The notes beneath the pieces were generated by a model. It worked only from the letters and a program-made list of their open reading frames with translations. It searched no databases and was not told the origin of the DNA. Shown here piece after piece: positions 1-9,980 of a stretch of 64,000 nt of DNA (position 1 is its first letter; each line of letters begins with the position of its first letter). The translations under genes and the position numbers were made by a program. Source of the DNA: Bacteroidota bacterium (GTDB lineage: Bacteria; Bacteroidota; Bacteroidia; AKYH767-A; OLB10); assembly GCA_016713525.1 (NCBI GenBank), contig JADJOZ010000001.1:716225-780224 (forward strand). The letters run 5' to 3'.

Positions 1-851
1 TCGGGAAATGGTACTTCAGCCACCACCTGAAAATCAGATTCCGAGATTTGGCGGTAGCGCAGAATCGATACCTGAAAACTAACTTTTACTTTATTAGGGA
101 AAAGTGTGATCCTGCTTCGTTGAGAAACCGGAAGTTCCACAGGCAGTTCAATCATGCCCTCGGTATATTGTTCCACAGGCACATAGTAGTACACATAATC
201 GGCTGATGCTGAGATGCCTGCTAATTGCTCTTTCACTAAGAATACACTTCCAAATGAAGGAGTTTTCAAATTTTTAAGGTTCACCTGTTGGGTTTCAATG
301 GAAGTAATTTTATCCAGTAAATGTTGCGGTCCCGAAAGTTCAATTGAGTCGGGGCGAAGAATAATTTCACCGGCCTGCCCGAATTGTTGTTGGAAATGAA
401 TGGTGTGATTAATCTTTACCGGTACTTTTTTTAAATCTCTGGGTGTGAATGAAAAGCTGATAATTTCAGGAACAAGTTTATTCGCGACATGTTCGCCGGG
501 AAATTGATTTCTTAGTTTAATGGTCTGAAAATCCCGATTTTTTAGTCCGTTCAGCAGTTTGCCTACATCTATCAAAATAGAATCAGGAGCATCGCGGAGG
601 TGCACCCGAAACAATTCAAAACCGCTTCCGGAAAACCGGAATTCTAAACGCTTTGGCAGGTTATTGTCGGAATGATGACTGAAAGGAATATTCCTGTAGC
701 TGATAGGAATTACAATCGAGGTTTCATAATTCCGGCTCAGGGAAGTGAAGACCCAGAAAACAATAGCAAGCAGCAGGCATGAGAAAAAGATCCAGGCTTT
801 CTGGTTACCTTTTAATCGTTCGAACAGCTTAAAAAATGATCCTTTTTTCAA
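1..851 (-). CDS. YbbR-like (CdaR-type) domain protein, partial (runs off window start), TTG start
   Basis: Uninterrupted minus-strand frame from 851 to the window edge, beginning LKKGSFFKLFERLKGNQKAWIFFSCLLLAIVFWV (N-terminal TM then beta-rich repeat modules). It is not in the ORF track because it has no in-window stop. The gene order nusB-DUF1573-yajC-YbbR-like matches that conserved in Bacteroidota. Confidence 0.5.
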   Translation of the reverse strand, partial: MKKGSFFKLFERLKGNQKAWIFFSCLLLAIVFWVFTSLSRNYETSIVIPISYRNIPFSHHSDNNLPKRLEFRFSGSGFELFRVHLRDAPDSILIDVGKLLNGLKNRDFQTIKLRNQFPGEHVANKLVPEIISFSFTPRDLKKVPVKINHTIHFQQQFGQAGEIILRPDSIELSGPQHLLDKITSIETQQVNLKNLKTPSFGSVFLVKEQLAGISASADYVYYYVPVEQYTEGMIELPVELPVSQRSRITLFPNKVKVSFQVSILRYRQISESDFQVVAEVPFP

Positions 852-929
852 TTCAACCCTGTAATTAGAAGGAGTAAAGGGGACTGCCGTGCAAATTGAT
901 GCCGGCAGCCAGAACCGAAAAGTACGATC

Positions 930-1265
930 TTATTTTTTTACTTCAGCAGTTGCAGGAGCATATTGTTTGGTTGCTTCCGCAGAAATGGCAGATTTTTCAA
1001 CTTTTACCCTTACTTCATGAGCAATTTCAATCATGAAGGTAGTATCAGCTACTTCTACAATTTTACCATGAACACCACCAATGGTAACTACTTTATCGCC
1101 TTTTTGCAGACTTTCCTTGAAAACTTTTTCGAGTTTAGCTTTCTTCATTTGTGGGCGAATCATGAAGAAATAAAAGATCACAATGATCAGAACAATCATG
1201 AGTAATTGACCCATTGCACCACTTCCTGCAGGAGCGGCTTGTAAAAGGATAGTAAGTAAGTTCAT
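930..1265 (-). CDS. yajC: preprotein translocase subunit YajC
   Basis: 111 aa with an N-terminal TM helix, the FMIRPQ motif and a GDKVVTIGGVHGKIVEV core typical of YajC. Confidence 0.85.
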   Translation of the reverse strand: MNLLTILLQAAPAGSGAMGQLLMIVLIIVIFYFFMIRPQMKKAKLEKVFKESLQKGDKVVTIGGVHGKIVEVADTTFMIEIAHEVRVKVEKSAISAEATKQYAPATAEVKK

Positions 1266-1280
1266 AGGTATGTGTGAGGA

Positions 1281-1775
1281 TTAACTGTTAGCTTTAGGAA
1301 CCTGGATATCTGCACTGATTGTGAGAACCTTGGTATTAGGAATGGTGTTGGCAATAATGGTTACTGTTTTGCTGGTCATGCCCGATTTACCGGCACTGTC
1401 GAAGGTCACATTAATAAATCCTTCTTCACCGGGAGCGATCGGAGTTTTGGTATATTCAGGAACAGTACAACCGCAGGAAGCGCTTGCCGAAGAAATCACC
1501 AATGGGGCATTCCCGGAATTTTTGAATTTAAAGGCATAGCTTACTTTTTCACCCTGTTGAATAACTCCAAATTCATGATTATCGGTTTCAAAAGCGAACA
1601 CCGGAGTTGCATTGGCATCAGCATCAGCAGCTTTACCCGAATTGGCTGTTGCCGGATTGTTAACAATATCAGGTGAGAGTTTGGCTTCACCGTCGCTGCT
1701 TTCTGTCTTTTGGTTGCAGGCTGCAAGCACCACAAATAAGGCAATTGGAAGGAGGGATAGGAGTGATTTTCTCAT
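1281..1775 (-). CDS. DUF1573 domain lipoprotein
   Basis: Signal peptide plus lipobox (LAACN). The C-terminal ~100 aa match the DUF1573 pattern (FETDNHEFGVIQQGEKVSYAFKFKNSGNAPLVI...CGCT). Confidence 0.65.
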   Translation of the reverse strand: MRKSLLSLLPIALFVVLAACNQKTESSDGEAKLSPDIVNNPATANSGKAADADANATPVFAFETDNHEFGVIQQGEKVSYAFKFKNSGNAPLVISSASASCGCTVPEYTKTPIAPGEEGFINVTFDSAGKSGMTSKTVTIIANTIPNTKVLTISADIQVPKANS

Positions 1776-1834
1776 GCTTTTTATTTTTTGGAATGCAAAT
1801 TTAATAACAAATGGATGAAGATCTTGTTAAGATG

Positions 1835-2776
1835 CTATTCAAGCAATCCGCGACCGGTTTTAGCGATCGAGCCTTTAGTTTTAAGGTCGGCAACAATATT
1901 ATCGATTACCCCATTAATAAATATCTTGCTTTTCGGCGTACTGTAATCTTTGGATATATCAATGTATTCATTGATACTTACTTTGACAGGTATGCCGGGG
2001 AAATGCAGGATTTCACTGAGTGCCATCTTAAGTAAGATGATGTCAATGAGAGCAATTCGTTCCAGATCCCAGTTTTGTGTCTTTTCACCGATAAGCGTTT
2101 CAAAATAGGCATCGTTTTCAATGGTCTGCCGAAACAACTTCTCCATGAATTCCATGTCGTCTTCCTCATCACGGAATAGCGAAAGCAATTCAAAATGTCC
2201 TTTTTTATCGGGATGAGCCACTTTAATGGTTTTCAGAACCATACTGTTGATGAGGTCGAGAGCTTCTGCCCACCAGATATTCTGCTCTTCCATAACATTC
2301 TGTAATGCTTCAGAAGCAACAACAACATGTTTGTATACCCAGGTGCAGAATTCTACATCCTGCTCAATGGAGTGGGTAGCTACAGAAACATACTTTTTAT
2401 ATTCAGGTGAATTTCTGAGCTGAAAAAAAACTTTGGTAACCAGCTCAGCATCCTTTTGCCAGCTGATCTTTCTTTTTTTCAGGGCATCATTAAAATCGCT
2501 GAATGTACTCAGCCAGATCACAAAATGATTAGTTGCCAGTGACGACATAACAGGCTCATCTTTAGGGATAAATCTTGGTTGCAGATCTGCATAGTACTTC
2601 CGTTCTTCTTCTGCCAGTTCGGGAAGAATTTGTAAAAGGGAAAGGTAAAGATCGTAAGTCCGTTCGGTCCCTCTGAAAATCTCATTCACAGATGTGCCAA
2701 TATTCTTGTCTTCGGACTGATACCAGGTATAAAGTGCCTGCATCACTCTGATTCGTAAATGTCTTCTGCTGAGCAT
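1835..2776 (-). CDS. nusB: transcription antitermination factor NusB (long Bacteroidota form)
   Basis: N-terminal RRHLRIRVMQALYTWY and C-terminal LERIALIDIILLKMALSEILHF...NGVIDNI NusB signatures. The ~310 aa length is typical for Bacteroidota. Confidence 0.75.
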   Translation of the reverse strand: MLSRRHLRIRVMQALYTWYQSEDKNIGTSVNEIFRGTERTYDLYLSLLQILPELAEEERKYYADLQPRFIPKDEPVMSSLATNHFVIWLSTFSDFNDALKKRKISWQKDAELVTKVFFQLRNSPEYKKYVSVATHSIEQDVEFCTWVYKHVVVASEALQNVMEEQNIWWAEALDLINSMVLKTIKVAHPDKKGHFELLSLFRDEEDDMEFMEKLFRQTIENDAYFETLIGEKTQNWDLERIALIDIILLKMALSEILHFPGIPVKVSINEYIDISKDYSTPKSKIFINGVIDNIVADLKTKGSIAKTGRGLLE

Positions 2777-2853
2777 CGGTGTTAAGAACTTTAAAACATT
2801 GAGGTGACACGACCTTTAAAAGGTCTGCATCACAATTTGAACTGTTTCCGGAA

Positions 2854-3960
2854 TTAAAAACCCAGCTTTACTTTGCCGATATCGCTGATTCTTTTCTCAG
2901 CCATGCGGTTTGCTGCCAGGTAGGTTGGGATGTTTTCATCTGCAGCCATTTTAAAGATACCAAGTGTATAGTCATATATTTTCTCGGTATGCTGTAATGC
3001 ACGTTCCCTGTTGTAGCCGGTAAGTTCTGAATATACATTGATAAGTCCACCGGCATTAATCAGATAATCGGGTGCATATACGATCCCTTTTTCAGTGATC
3101 ATTTTGCCATGCACCGTTTCGTCGGCAAGCTGATTATTCGCAGCACCGGCAATTACCTGACATTTCAAGCGGTTAATATTTTCTGTATTTAAGGTGGCAC
3201 CTAAAGCACATGGAGCATAAATATCCATGTCGTTGCCAAAGAAATCGAGGTCGGTTAATACAGTTACCCCATTTTCTGAAGCAACTCTTTTCAGGGTATC
3301 CTGATTAAGATCAATGATAGAAACTACAGCTCCTTCTTTAACCAAATGTTTAACCAGATTTTCACCCACATGGCCAATTCCCTGAACGATGATTTTTTTG
3401 CCTTTCAGATTATCGTTTCCATATGCCTGCTTTGCAGCTGCTTTCATACCCATGTAAACACCATAAGCAGTTACAGGAGAAGGATCTCCACCGCCACCCA
3501 TAGATTCTGGTAATCCGGTAACGTGATTGGTTTCCATTTTCACATACTCCATGTCTTTGGTGCTTGTTCCAACATCTTCAGCAGTAATATATTTACCACT
3601 TAAACTGTTTACAAACTTCCCAAAACGACGGAATAATGGTTCAGATTTATCTTTTTTGGAATCACCGATGATTACCGCTTTTCCACCACCTAAATTTAAG
3701 CCGCTAATAGAAGCTTTAAACGACATTCCTCGTGATAAACGAAGTACATCACGTAAGGCTTCACTTTCATTGTCATATTTCCAAAAGCGGGTACCTCCAA
3801 GAGCAGGTCCGAGTACGGTATTATGAATGGCAATAATTGCTTTGAGTCCGGTTTCATGATCGTGACAGAACACCACTTGCTCATGTCCAAAGGTCGACAT
3901 TGGGTCGAAAAGGTAATTGGACGCTGCAGCAGCTTGTTTTATTTCTTTAACTTCAATCAT
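2854..3960 (-). CDS. Glu/Leu/Phe/Val dehydrogenase family (leucine dehydrogenase-like)
   Basis: Catalytic-Lys region LNLGGGKAVIIGD and Rossmann motif QGIGHVGENLVKHLVKEGAVV. 368 aa. Confidence 0.8.
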   Translation of the reverse strand: MIEVKEIKQAAAASNYLFDPMSTFGHEQVVFCHDHETGLKAIIAIHNTVLGPALGGTRFWKYDNESEALRDVLRLSRGMSFKASISGLNLGGGKAVIIGDSKKDKSEPLFRRFGKFVNSLSGKYITAEDVGTSTKDMEYVKMETNHVTGLPESMGGGGDPSPVTAYGVYMGMKAAAKQAYGNDNLKGKKIIVQGIGHVGENLVKHLVKEGAVVSIIDLNQDTLKRVASENGVTVLTDLDFFGNDMDIYAPCALGATLNTENINRLKCQVIAGAANNQLADETVHGKMITEKGIVYAPDYLINAGGLINVYSELTGYNRERALQHTEKIYDYTLGIFKMAADENIPTYLAANRMAEKRISDIGKVKLGF

Positions 3961-4093
3961 CAGTTGCTTTTTAATGTGGTGATTTCTAGTTTATTAATGC
4001 CAGGATAAGCTCCTGATGCGGTGCAAAGGTAAGGTTTTTTTCAGATAGCAAAGAAGGATTTCAATCGGTTTTAGGACTGATGTATAAAAACCA

Positions 4094-5092
4094 TCAACTT
4101 TGTCCGATTAGTGCTTCCAGAATCTTGTATAAAAGAGCCGCCAGCAATCCTGAAATTGGTATGGTAAGCACCCAGGCCCAGATGAGTTTGATTGTCACTC
4201 CCCATCTGACTGCAGAAATCCGCTTTACTAATCCAACCCCAATGATTGAACCTGTGATGGTATGTGTTGTGCTCACAGGAATTTTAAAATGTTGGGTAAC
4301 AAATAACGTAATTGCTCCTGCAGTTTCTGCGCTAAATCCTTCGAAAGGGGTAAGTTTGGTTACTTTTTGCCCCATGGTTTTCACTATTTTCCAGCCACCA
4401 ACCATGGTGCCTGCTGCAATAGCTGAATAGCAAGCAAGCGGAACCCAGCCCGGAATGTGGTGTATATCTGTAATTACCCCGTGAGATAACATAGCTGCAG
4501 CAATAATTCCGATGACTTTTTGAGCATCATTTCCACCATGCCCTAAACTGTAAAGAGCTGAGGAAAGTAATTGTAATTTCCGGAAAGAGGAGTCGATTTT
4601 CGAAGGATTGGAATGCCTGCATATTTGCATGGTAATAGCCGCCACGATGTACGATAAAATCATCCCTATAACAGGTGCCAGAACAATAAAATATACCGTA
4701 GGCATAATTTTATCCATTTGTAGCGCGTCAAATCCCCCGGCATGGGTAATACCGGCTCCGGCAAACCCTCCAATAAGTGTATGTGATGAACTGGAAGGGA
4801 TTCCCAGCCACCAGGTGACCAGGTTCCATATAATGGCAGCTACCAATCCTGCGATTACCACCACAAGGGTTATATTATCAGCATGAACTGTTTTTGCAAC
4901 AGTATCGGCAACCTTGAGTTCAAAAATCCAATAAGCCAGAAAGTTAAACATCGCTGCCCACAGCACAGCAGTAAGAGGCGACAGCACTTTGGTAGAAACT
5001 ACCGTAGCAATGGAATTTGCCGCATCATGAAAACCATTGATGAAATCAAAAATTAAGGCAAGGGCAATAACAACAATGAGGAGCGTTTCCAT
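4094..5092 (-). CDS. inorganic phosphate transporter, PiT family
   Basis: Two PiT signature repeats (GFHDAANSIATVV and HGGNDAQKVIGII) in a multi-TM protein of 332 aa. Confidence 0.85.
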   Translation of the reverse strand: METLLIVVIALALIFDFINGFHDAANSIATVVSTKVLSPLTAVLWAAMFNFLAYWIFELKVADTVAKTVHADNITLVVVIAGLVAAIIWNLVTWWLGIPSSSSHTLIGGFAGAGITHAGGFDALQMDKIMPTVYFIVLAPVIGMILSYIVAAITMQICRHSNPSKIDSSFRKLQLLSSALYSLGHGGNDAQKVIGIIAAAMLSHGVITDIHHIPGWVPLACYSAIAAGTMVGGWKIVKTMGQKVTKLTPFEGFSAETAGAITLFVTQHFKIPVSTTHTITGSIIGVGLVKRISAVRWGVTIKLIWAWVLTIPISGLLAALLYKILEALIGQS

Positions 5093-5107
5093 AATGAGTT
5101 AAAAGTA

Positions 5108-5698
5108 TCAGGCCATTTTAACTATGATAGATTCAATGACATTGGCGGCATCCTCGCATTTATCAGTCGCTGTTTCCAATGCCGATAATACTTCCTTGAG
5201 TTTGATGATCTGAATAGCGTCTTTCTCAGTCTCGAAAAGTTTGGCTACAGCATTGTCGAAAATGTCATCAGCATGATTTTCGATACTATTAATACGTACC
5301 AGTGAATCGGTGATATCACGCATCTTACGCATATTTTTCAATTCGAAAATGGCTCTGCGTAATTCTTCTGTTCCCGTTTGTATTAGTTCTGCCAGTTTTA
5401 CCACATCATTCGTGACAACTGTAAGCTTGTAAAGCTCCATTCGTTTCGATGATCCATGTATATAATCAAGTACATCATCAATTGCCGAAACTAATCGATG
5501 AATGTCTTCGCGATCATACGGGGTGATGAAGTTTTTACTCAGCTCCTTAAAGATTTCATGAGTGATCTCATCTCCAACATGCTCTATTCGTTCAATTTCA
5601 CGGAACCATTTGGTTTTTTCTTCCGGTGTTGTTGCAAGTACCAGTTGCACTATAGCCTTACCTCCTTCAGCACAATTGGCTGCTGCCTTATCAAACAA
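5108..5698 (-). CDS. DUF47 / PhoU-like Pit accessory protein
   Basis: Helical 196-aa protein immediately upstream of, and co-oriented with, the PiT gene. This is the standard PiT-DUF47 pairing. Confidence 0.7.
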   Translation of the reverse strand: MFDKAAANCAEGGKAIVQLVLATTPEEKTKWFREIERIEHVGDEITHEIFKELSKNFITPYDREDIHRLVSAIDDVLDYIHGSSKRMELYKLTVVTNDVVKLAELIQTGTEELRRAIFELKNMRKMRDITDSLVRINSIENHADDIFDNAVAKLFETEKDAIQIIKLKEVLSALETATDKCEDAANVIESIIVKMA

Positions 5699-5982
5699 TG
5701 GGAAAAAAAAGTCTGTCCTGTGGGATGAAGTATTTGAGGAAAGGAAGTGCCATAATTTGTTACGTTAAATGAGTTAGCATGTAATGTTATCCGAATCTTA
5801 AGGGCGCAAATGTAACGGAGTTTAATCACCTACACAAAAGATGTTGAAAAGTGTTTATAACGAATTGATCAAGTTAATTGACTGAATGACAATTAATTGA
5901 ATCAATTATTCGCAAAGTGTGATTCAGGTCACCGATAGAATTGTATTTAACAACTAATTTTGCAGTCAATAAATTCGGGAAA

Positions 5983-6393
5983 ATGAACAAGGGTTCCAAA
6001 TTGTACAGTATCGTAAATAATAAATGTCCTAAATGTCATGAGGGACAATTTTTCAACACTAATTCTTCTTACGACCTGCAGCATTTTTCTGAAATGCCTG
6101 ATGTTTGTCCTGTATGCGGGCAAACCTACATGCCGGAACCGGGCTTTTACTATGGCGCCATGTATGTGAGTTATGCTCTGAATGTTGCCATTTTTGTTAC
6201 CGTTTGGGTGGCGACAAATGTGCTTTTCAGCGATGGATTAGGTGTGTGGTGGTTGGTATTGGCGAGTATAATTGTCGGATTAGCCCTCATGCCGGTCAGT
6301 TTCCGGTGGGCCCGATTAATTTGGATCAACTTTTTTGTGAAATATGATGCTCAGTCGGCAACCAGAAACCGGGAAAAGCTTCCCATTATCTGA
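5983..6393 (+). CDS. DUF983 domain membrane protein
   Basis: Zinc-ribbon-like CPKCHEG...CPVCG followed by two TM helices. The internal ATG at 5983 was preferred over the track start at 5941. Confidence 0.45.
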   Translation: MNKGSKLYSIVNNKCPKCHEGQFFNTNSSYDLQHFSEMPDVCPVCGQTYMPEPGFYYGAMYVSYALNVAIFVTVWVATNVLFSDGLGVWWLVLASIIVGLALMPVSFRWARLIWINFFVKYDAQSATRNREKLPII

Positions 6394-7132
6394 CAATTAC
6401 CTGCAAGCGGGAATTACCTCTGCCAATTTCATAAGGTAGAACCTGTGAGGCATCTATTATCAGAATTTCCAGTTTTCTTAAATTCGCAATTCCGGCGGGT
6501 ACATTTGCATCACCACCACAACCGGCAATGTTCAATTCTCTGAGATTTTCCAGTTCACCCAACCATTGAGGTAAGGGAGTTTCCAACTGATTTCGACCAA
6601 TTTCAAGTACCTCCAGATTTTTTAATTTCGATAAATCTTCAGGCAGGGCAGTAAGGTGATTATCATTCAGATAAAGCACCTCCAGATTTTTCAAAAACCC
6701 AATATCTTCAGGTAACACTTTGAGCTGATTATTTCGCAGATCCAGTTCTTCCAAAGCAACCAGATTACCAATAGATTCGGGAACAGCGTGTAGTTTGTTA
6801 AACCTTAAATTAAGCTTTTTCAATTTCTTAAGGTTACCAATTTCTTCAGGTAAAGAATCCAATTGATTTGATTGAAATGAAAGCTTTTCCAATACCGTCA
6901 AATTGCCGATTTTGGGAGGGATGCGCTGTAGTTTGTGGCGGAACATGCTTAATTCCGTAAGTTGAATCATGTTGCCGATTTCGGGCGGAAATTCCGACAG
7001 TCCGGATGCTGTAAGGTTGAGTTGCTTTACACTTTGCGGGCTATTCTTAATGTTTTCAAAACTCTTCAACCGGCTTTTGCAACCTGATAAAAATAAAGCG
7101 ATCAGAAATACACTAAAAATTGTTCTCTTCAT
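6386..7132 (-). CDS. leucine-rich repeat lipoprotein
   Basis: Lipoprotein signal (FLSGCKS) followed by ~8 tandem 23-aa LxxLxLxxNxL repeats. Confidence 0.7.
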   Translation of the reverse strand: MKRTIFSVFLIALFLSGCKSRLKSFENIKNSPQSVKQLNLTASGLSEFPPEIGNMIQLTELSMFRHKLQRIPPKIGNLTVLEKLSFQSNQLDSLPEEIGNLKKLKKLNLRFNKLHAVPESIGNLVALEELDLRNNQLKVLPEDIGFLKNLEVLYLNDNHLTALPEDLSKLKNLEVLEIGRNQLETPLPQWLGELENLRELNIAGCGGDANVPAGIANLRKLEILIIDASQVLPYEIGRGNSRLQVIVR

Positions 7133-7262
7133 TCCCTAAAGGTAGTAAAATGAAATTACTTTTCGGAAATTACTCAGAAGATGCCAAGCAGGAGCACTTT
7201 TGTCAGCCTTTTTGTTCAAATTTGCAGTTCGTCACATCCACGAAAATCAGCAGCTTTGATTT

Positions 7263-9059
7263 ATGCATGCACTGGCATATCTGAATAAATACTTTTACAA
7301 ATACCGGGGACGAATGCTGGCCGGAATTTTATTTGTTACCATTTCAAACCTGTTTGGAATTATGCCGGCGAAACTGATCAGGTATGCACTCGATCAGGCA
7401 GGAGCACAGATATCATGGTATCAACTCACCAAATCATTCGATATCAGCAATGAGTTTCTGAATGCTATTTCATTCAACCTGCTCATTTTTGTTTTGCTGG
7501 TATTAGTGATGGCCCTGTTAAAAGGAATTTTTATGTTTTTTATGAGACAAACAATTATTGTCGTTTCCCGATACATTGAATATGATTTGAAGAATGAAAT
7601 TTACAATCATTATCAGAAACTGGATGCATCGTTCTACAATGCCAATAGCACAGGCGATTTAATGAACCGTATCAGTGAGGATGTGAGCAGAGTGAGAATG
7701 TATGTGGGACCCGCAATCATGTACACCGTGAATCTGGTAGTGATGTTCATCCTGGTGATATGGGCTATGGCACAGGTAAATGTAAAACTCACCTTATATA
7801 CCTTGTTACCATTGCCGGTACTCTCAGCAATAATTTACTACGTACATGAAGTAATCAACCGACGCAGTGAAAAAGTGCAGGAGAAACTATCGAAACTCAC
7901 GGTATTCGTTCAGGAATCGTTTTCCGGAATTCGTGTATTGAAGGCCTTTGCCAGAGAAGAATCGGTGAGTGAAAACTTCTCGCGGTTATCGGAGGAGTAT
8001 AAAAATGATTCGATGGATCTGGTGCGGGTAAATGCATTGTTTTATCCTGCCTTGCTGATTCTGGTTGGACTCAGTTCAATCATCACCATATACATTGGAG
8101 GATTACAGGTTATTGCAGGCACCATTACCATAGGTAACATTGCGGAATTCATCATCTATGTGAATATGCTCACGTGGCCGGTTGCTTCATTAGGATGGGT
8201 AGTTTCATTAGTGCAACGGGCAGCAGCTTCACAGCAACGAATCAATGAATTCTTAAAAACTTCACCCGGCATTCAATCGGGTGATGTCCCTTTTCCGGAA
8301 TTTAAGGGAAACATTCGCTTTGAAAATGTTACATTCACTTATAAAGGAGCAGCTCAACCGGCACTCACCAATATTAATTTTGAAATTCCGGCAGGCACTT
8401 CAATCGCTATAACCGGTCGCACCGGTTCAGGAAAATCAACATTGGCCTCTTTGATCTTAAGAATGTATGATCCTGAACAGGGTAGGGTATTGGTTGATGG
8501 AAAAGATTTACGAAGTGTAAATCTGTATCAATACCGGTCGCAAACAGGATATGTTCCGCAGGAAGTCTTCTTGTTCAGTGATACCATCGCAAATAACATT
8601 GCATTTGGTATAACAAATAACAATAATAAGGTACAGCTGCAGGAACTGATCACGAAAGCAGCATCGGATGCAGCTATTTTAAGTAATATCAATGAGCTGC
8701 CCGCTAAATTCGAAACCATGGTGGGGGAAAGGGGAATTACTTTATCGGGTGGCCAGAAACAACGGGTTTCAATTGCCCGGGCAATCATCCGGGAGCCGTC
8801 ATTATTAATATTCGACGATTGTTTGTCGGCAGTCGATACCAGAACGGAGGAGGAAATATTAACTAATTTGAAGCGAGTCATGGAAAACAGGACATCCATA
8901 ATCATTGGACATCGGATCTCCTCGGTGAGACAGGCTGATAAAATTCTGGTTTTGGAAAATGGGGCAATTGTAGAGCAGGGGACACACGATGAATTATTGA
9001 GTGCCAAAGGGGTTTACTTCGAAATGAATGAAAAACAGTCACTTGAGGAGTTAATTTGA
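7263..9059 (+). CDS. ABC transporter permease/ATP-binding protein (MsbA-like exporter)
   Basis: Six-TM N-terminal domain followed by Walker A GRTGSGKST, the signature LSGGQKQR and Walker B LLIFDD. Confidence 0.85.
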   Translation: MHALAYLNKYFYKYRGRMLAGILFVTISNLFGIMPAKLIRYALDQAGAQISWYQLTKSFDISNEFLNAISFNLLIFVLLVLVMALLKGIFMFFMRQTIIVVSRYIEYDLKNEIYNHYQKLDASFYNANSTGDLMNRISEDVSRVRMYVGPAIMYTVNLVVMFILVIWAMAQVNVKLTLYTLLPLPVLSAIIYYVHEVINRRSEKVQEKLSKLTVFVQESFSGIRVLKAFAREESVSENFSRLSEEYKNDSMDLVRVNALFYPALLILVGLSSIITIYIGGLQVIAGTITIGNIAEFIIYVNMLTWPVASLGWVVSLVQRAAASQQRINEFLKTSPGIQSGDVPFPEFKGNIRFENVTFTYKGAAQPALTNINFEIPAGTSIAITGRTGSGKSTLASLILRMYDPEQGRVLVDGKDLRSVNLYQYRSQTGYVPQEVFLFSDTIANNIAFGITNNNNKVQLQELITKAASDAAILSNINELPAKFETMVGERGITLSGGQKQRVSIARAIIREPSLLIFDDCLSAVDTRTEEEILTNLKRVMENRTSIIIGHRISSVRQADKILVLENGAIVEQGTHDELLSAKGVYFEMNEKQSLEELI

Positions 9060-9144
9060 TTTATAGGCTAATTTTTACATTATTTTTTGCATTTTTTTTC
9101 AATTGTAGTTAATTTTTCTATTTTTGTCATTCAAACAACTACAA

Positions 9145-9438
9145 ATGTCGGATTTTAATCAGAACGATGCCTCCAAAGGAGTTAAGAGTACACGGGTGAA
9201 GGCAGGTAAACGGACCTACTTTTTCGATATAAAATGTACTAATTATAATGACCATTACCTGGTGATTACAGAGAGTAAAAAGAAGCTTTCAATGGGATCA
9301 GAACGCCCGTTTTATATGCGGTCGCAGATTTTCCTTTACAAAGAGGATCTTGAAAAGTTCGTGAACGGACTGCAGCAATCCATTGACTATATAAAAAGCC
9401 AATACCCCGACATGGTGCTTGAAAAAAAACCGGGTTGA
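9145..9438 (+). CDS. DUF3276 (PUR-alpha-like) protein
   Basis: KAGKRTYFFDIK...HYLVITESKK...IFLYKEDLEKF pattern. The track start at 9124 is a TTG inside a TATTTTTG -7 promoter box, so the ATG at 9145 was preferred. Confidence 0.5.
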   Translation: MSDFNQNDASKGVKSTRVKAGKRTYFFDIKCTNYNDHYLVITESKKKLSMGSERPFYMRSQIFLYKEDLEKFVNGLQQSIDYIKSQYPDMVLEKKPG

Positions 9439-9583
9439 AGAGGATGATTATAACAATCAGCGCACCAATAATGGTTAAAAAGTTAATAAACCTGTTAATG
9501 AATATTTCATAAAATTTCGTAATCCGGAATATTATTAATACATTTACATCTACATCTACTTACTAATTTTATTCATTCCCCCC

Positions 9584-9811
9584 ATGAATAAAGACAATAA
9601 TAAAGGCTTAACTGCCCAAGACAGGCAGTGCCTTCAGTTGATTGAACAAAATATTCAATTAACACAACGTATAATTGGCGACGATGCCATCATTTATTAC
9701 GATCTCCGGATCCGGCCCCTTTTAGGTGAAGCCGAGCATATGGAAGTCATAAGCCTGAAACGCCTGACAGTATTTACCAGATCCTCTAATTGGGAGTTTC
9801 TGCCTAATTAA
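9584..9811 (+). CDS. hypothetical small protein
   Basis: A 75-aa ORF in an otherwise empty 540-bp intergenic region. No recognisable domain. Confidence 0.2.
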   Translation: MNKDNNKGLTAQDRQCLQLIEQNIQLTQRIIGDDAIIYYDLRIRPLLGEAEHMEVISLKRLTVFTRSSNWEFLPN

Positions 9812-9980
9812 AGATTCTGTTAAAATTTACGGTAAAGCATCATCCTTTTCAGGGTGGTGCTTTCTATGTTTCTGAGGCAACTTTTTTCATAACTGGTACG
9901 TCTGTTAAAATAGGTAATAAAATTCTTTTGATTATCCAATTTTAATCCTTTACTTTGATTGAGTATTAACCAACCTAATT

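Noticed and set aside
963-1205. Antisense or embedded ORFs throughout the track, for example 963-1205 plus, 1321-1539 plus, 4608-4886 plus, 8528-9007 minus, 17702-18181 plus, 53236-53511 minus and 62169-62588 plus.
   Set aside because: Each lies wholly inside a longer, well-supported gene on the opposite strand or in another frame. None has domain content. They are typical shadow ORFs.
9124-9144. Track start of the DUF3276 ORF at 9124.
   Set aside because: That 'M' is a TTG embedded in the TATTTTTG -7 promoter box. The ATG at 9145 is the plausible start.
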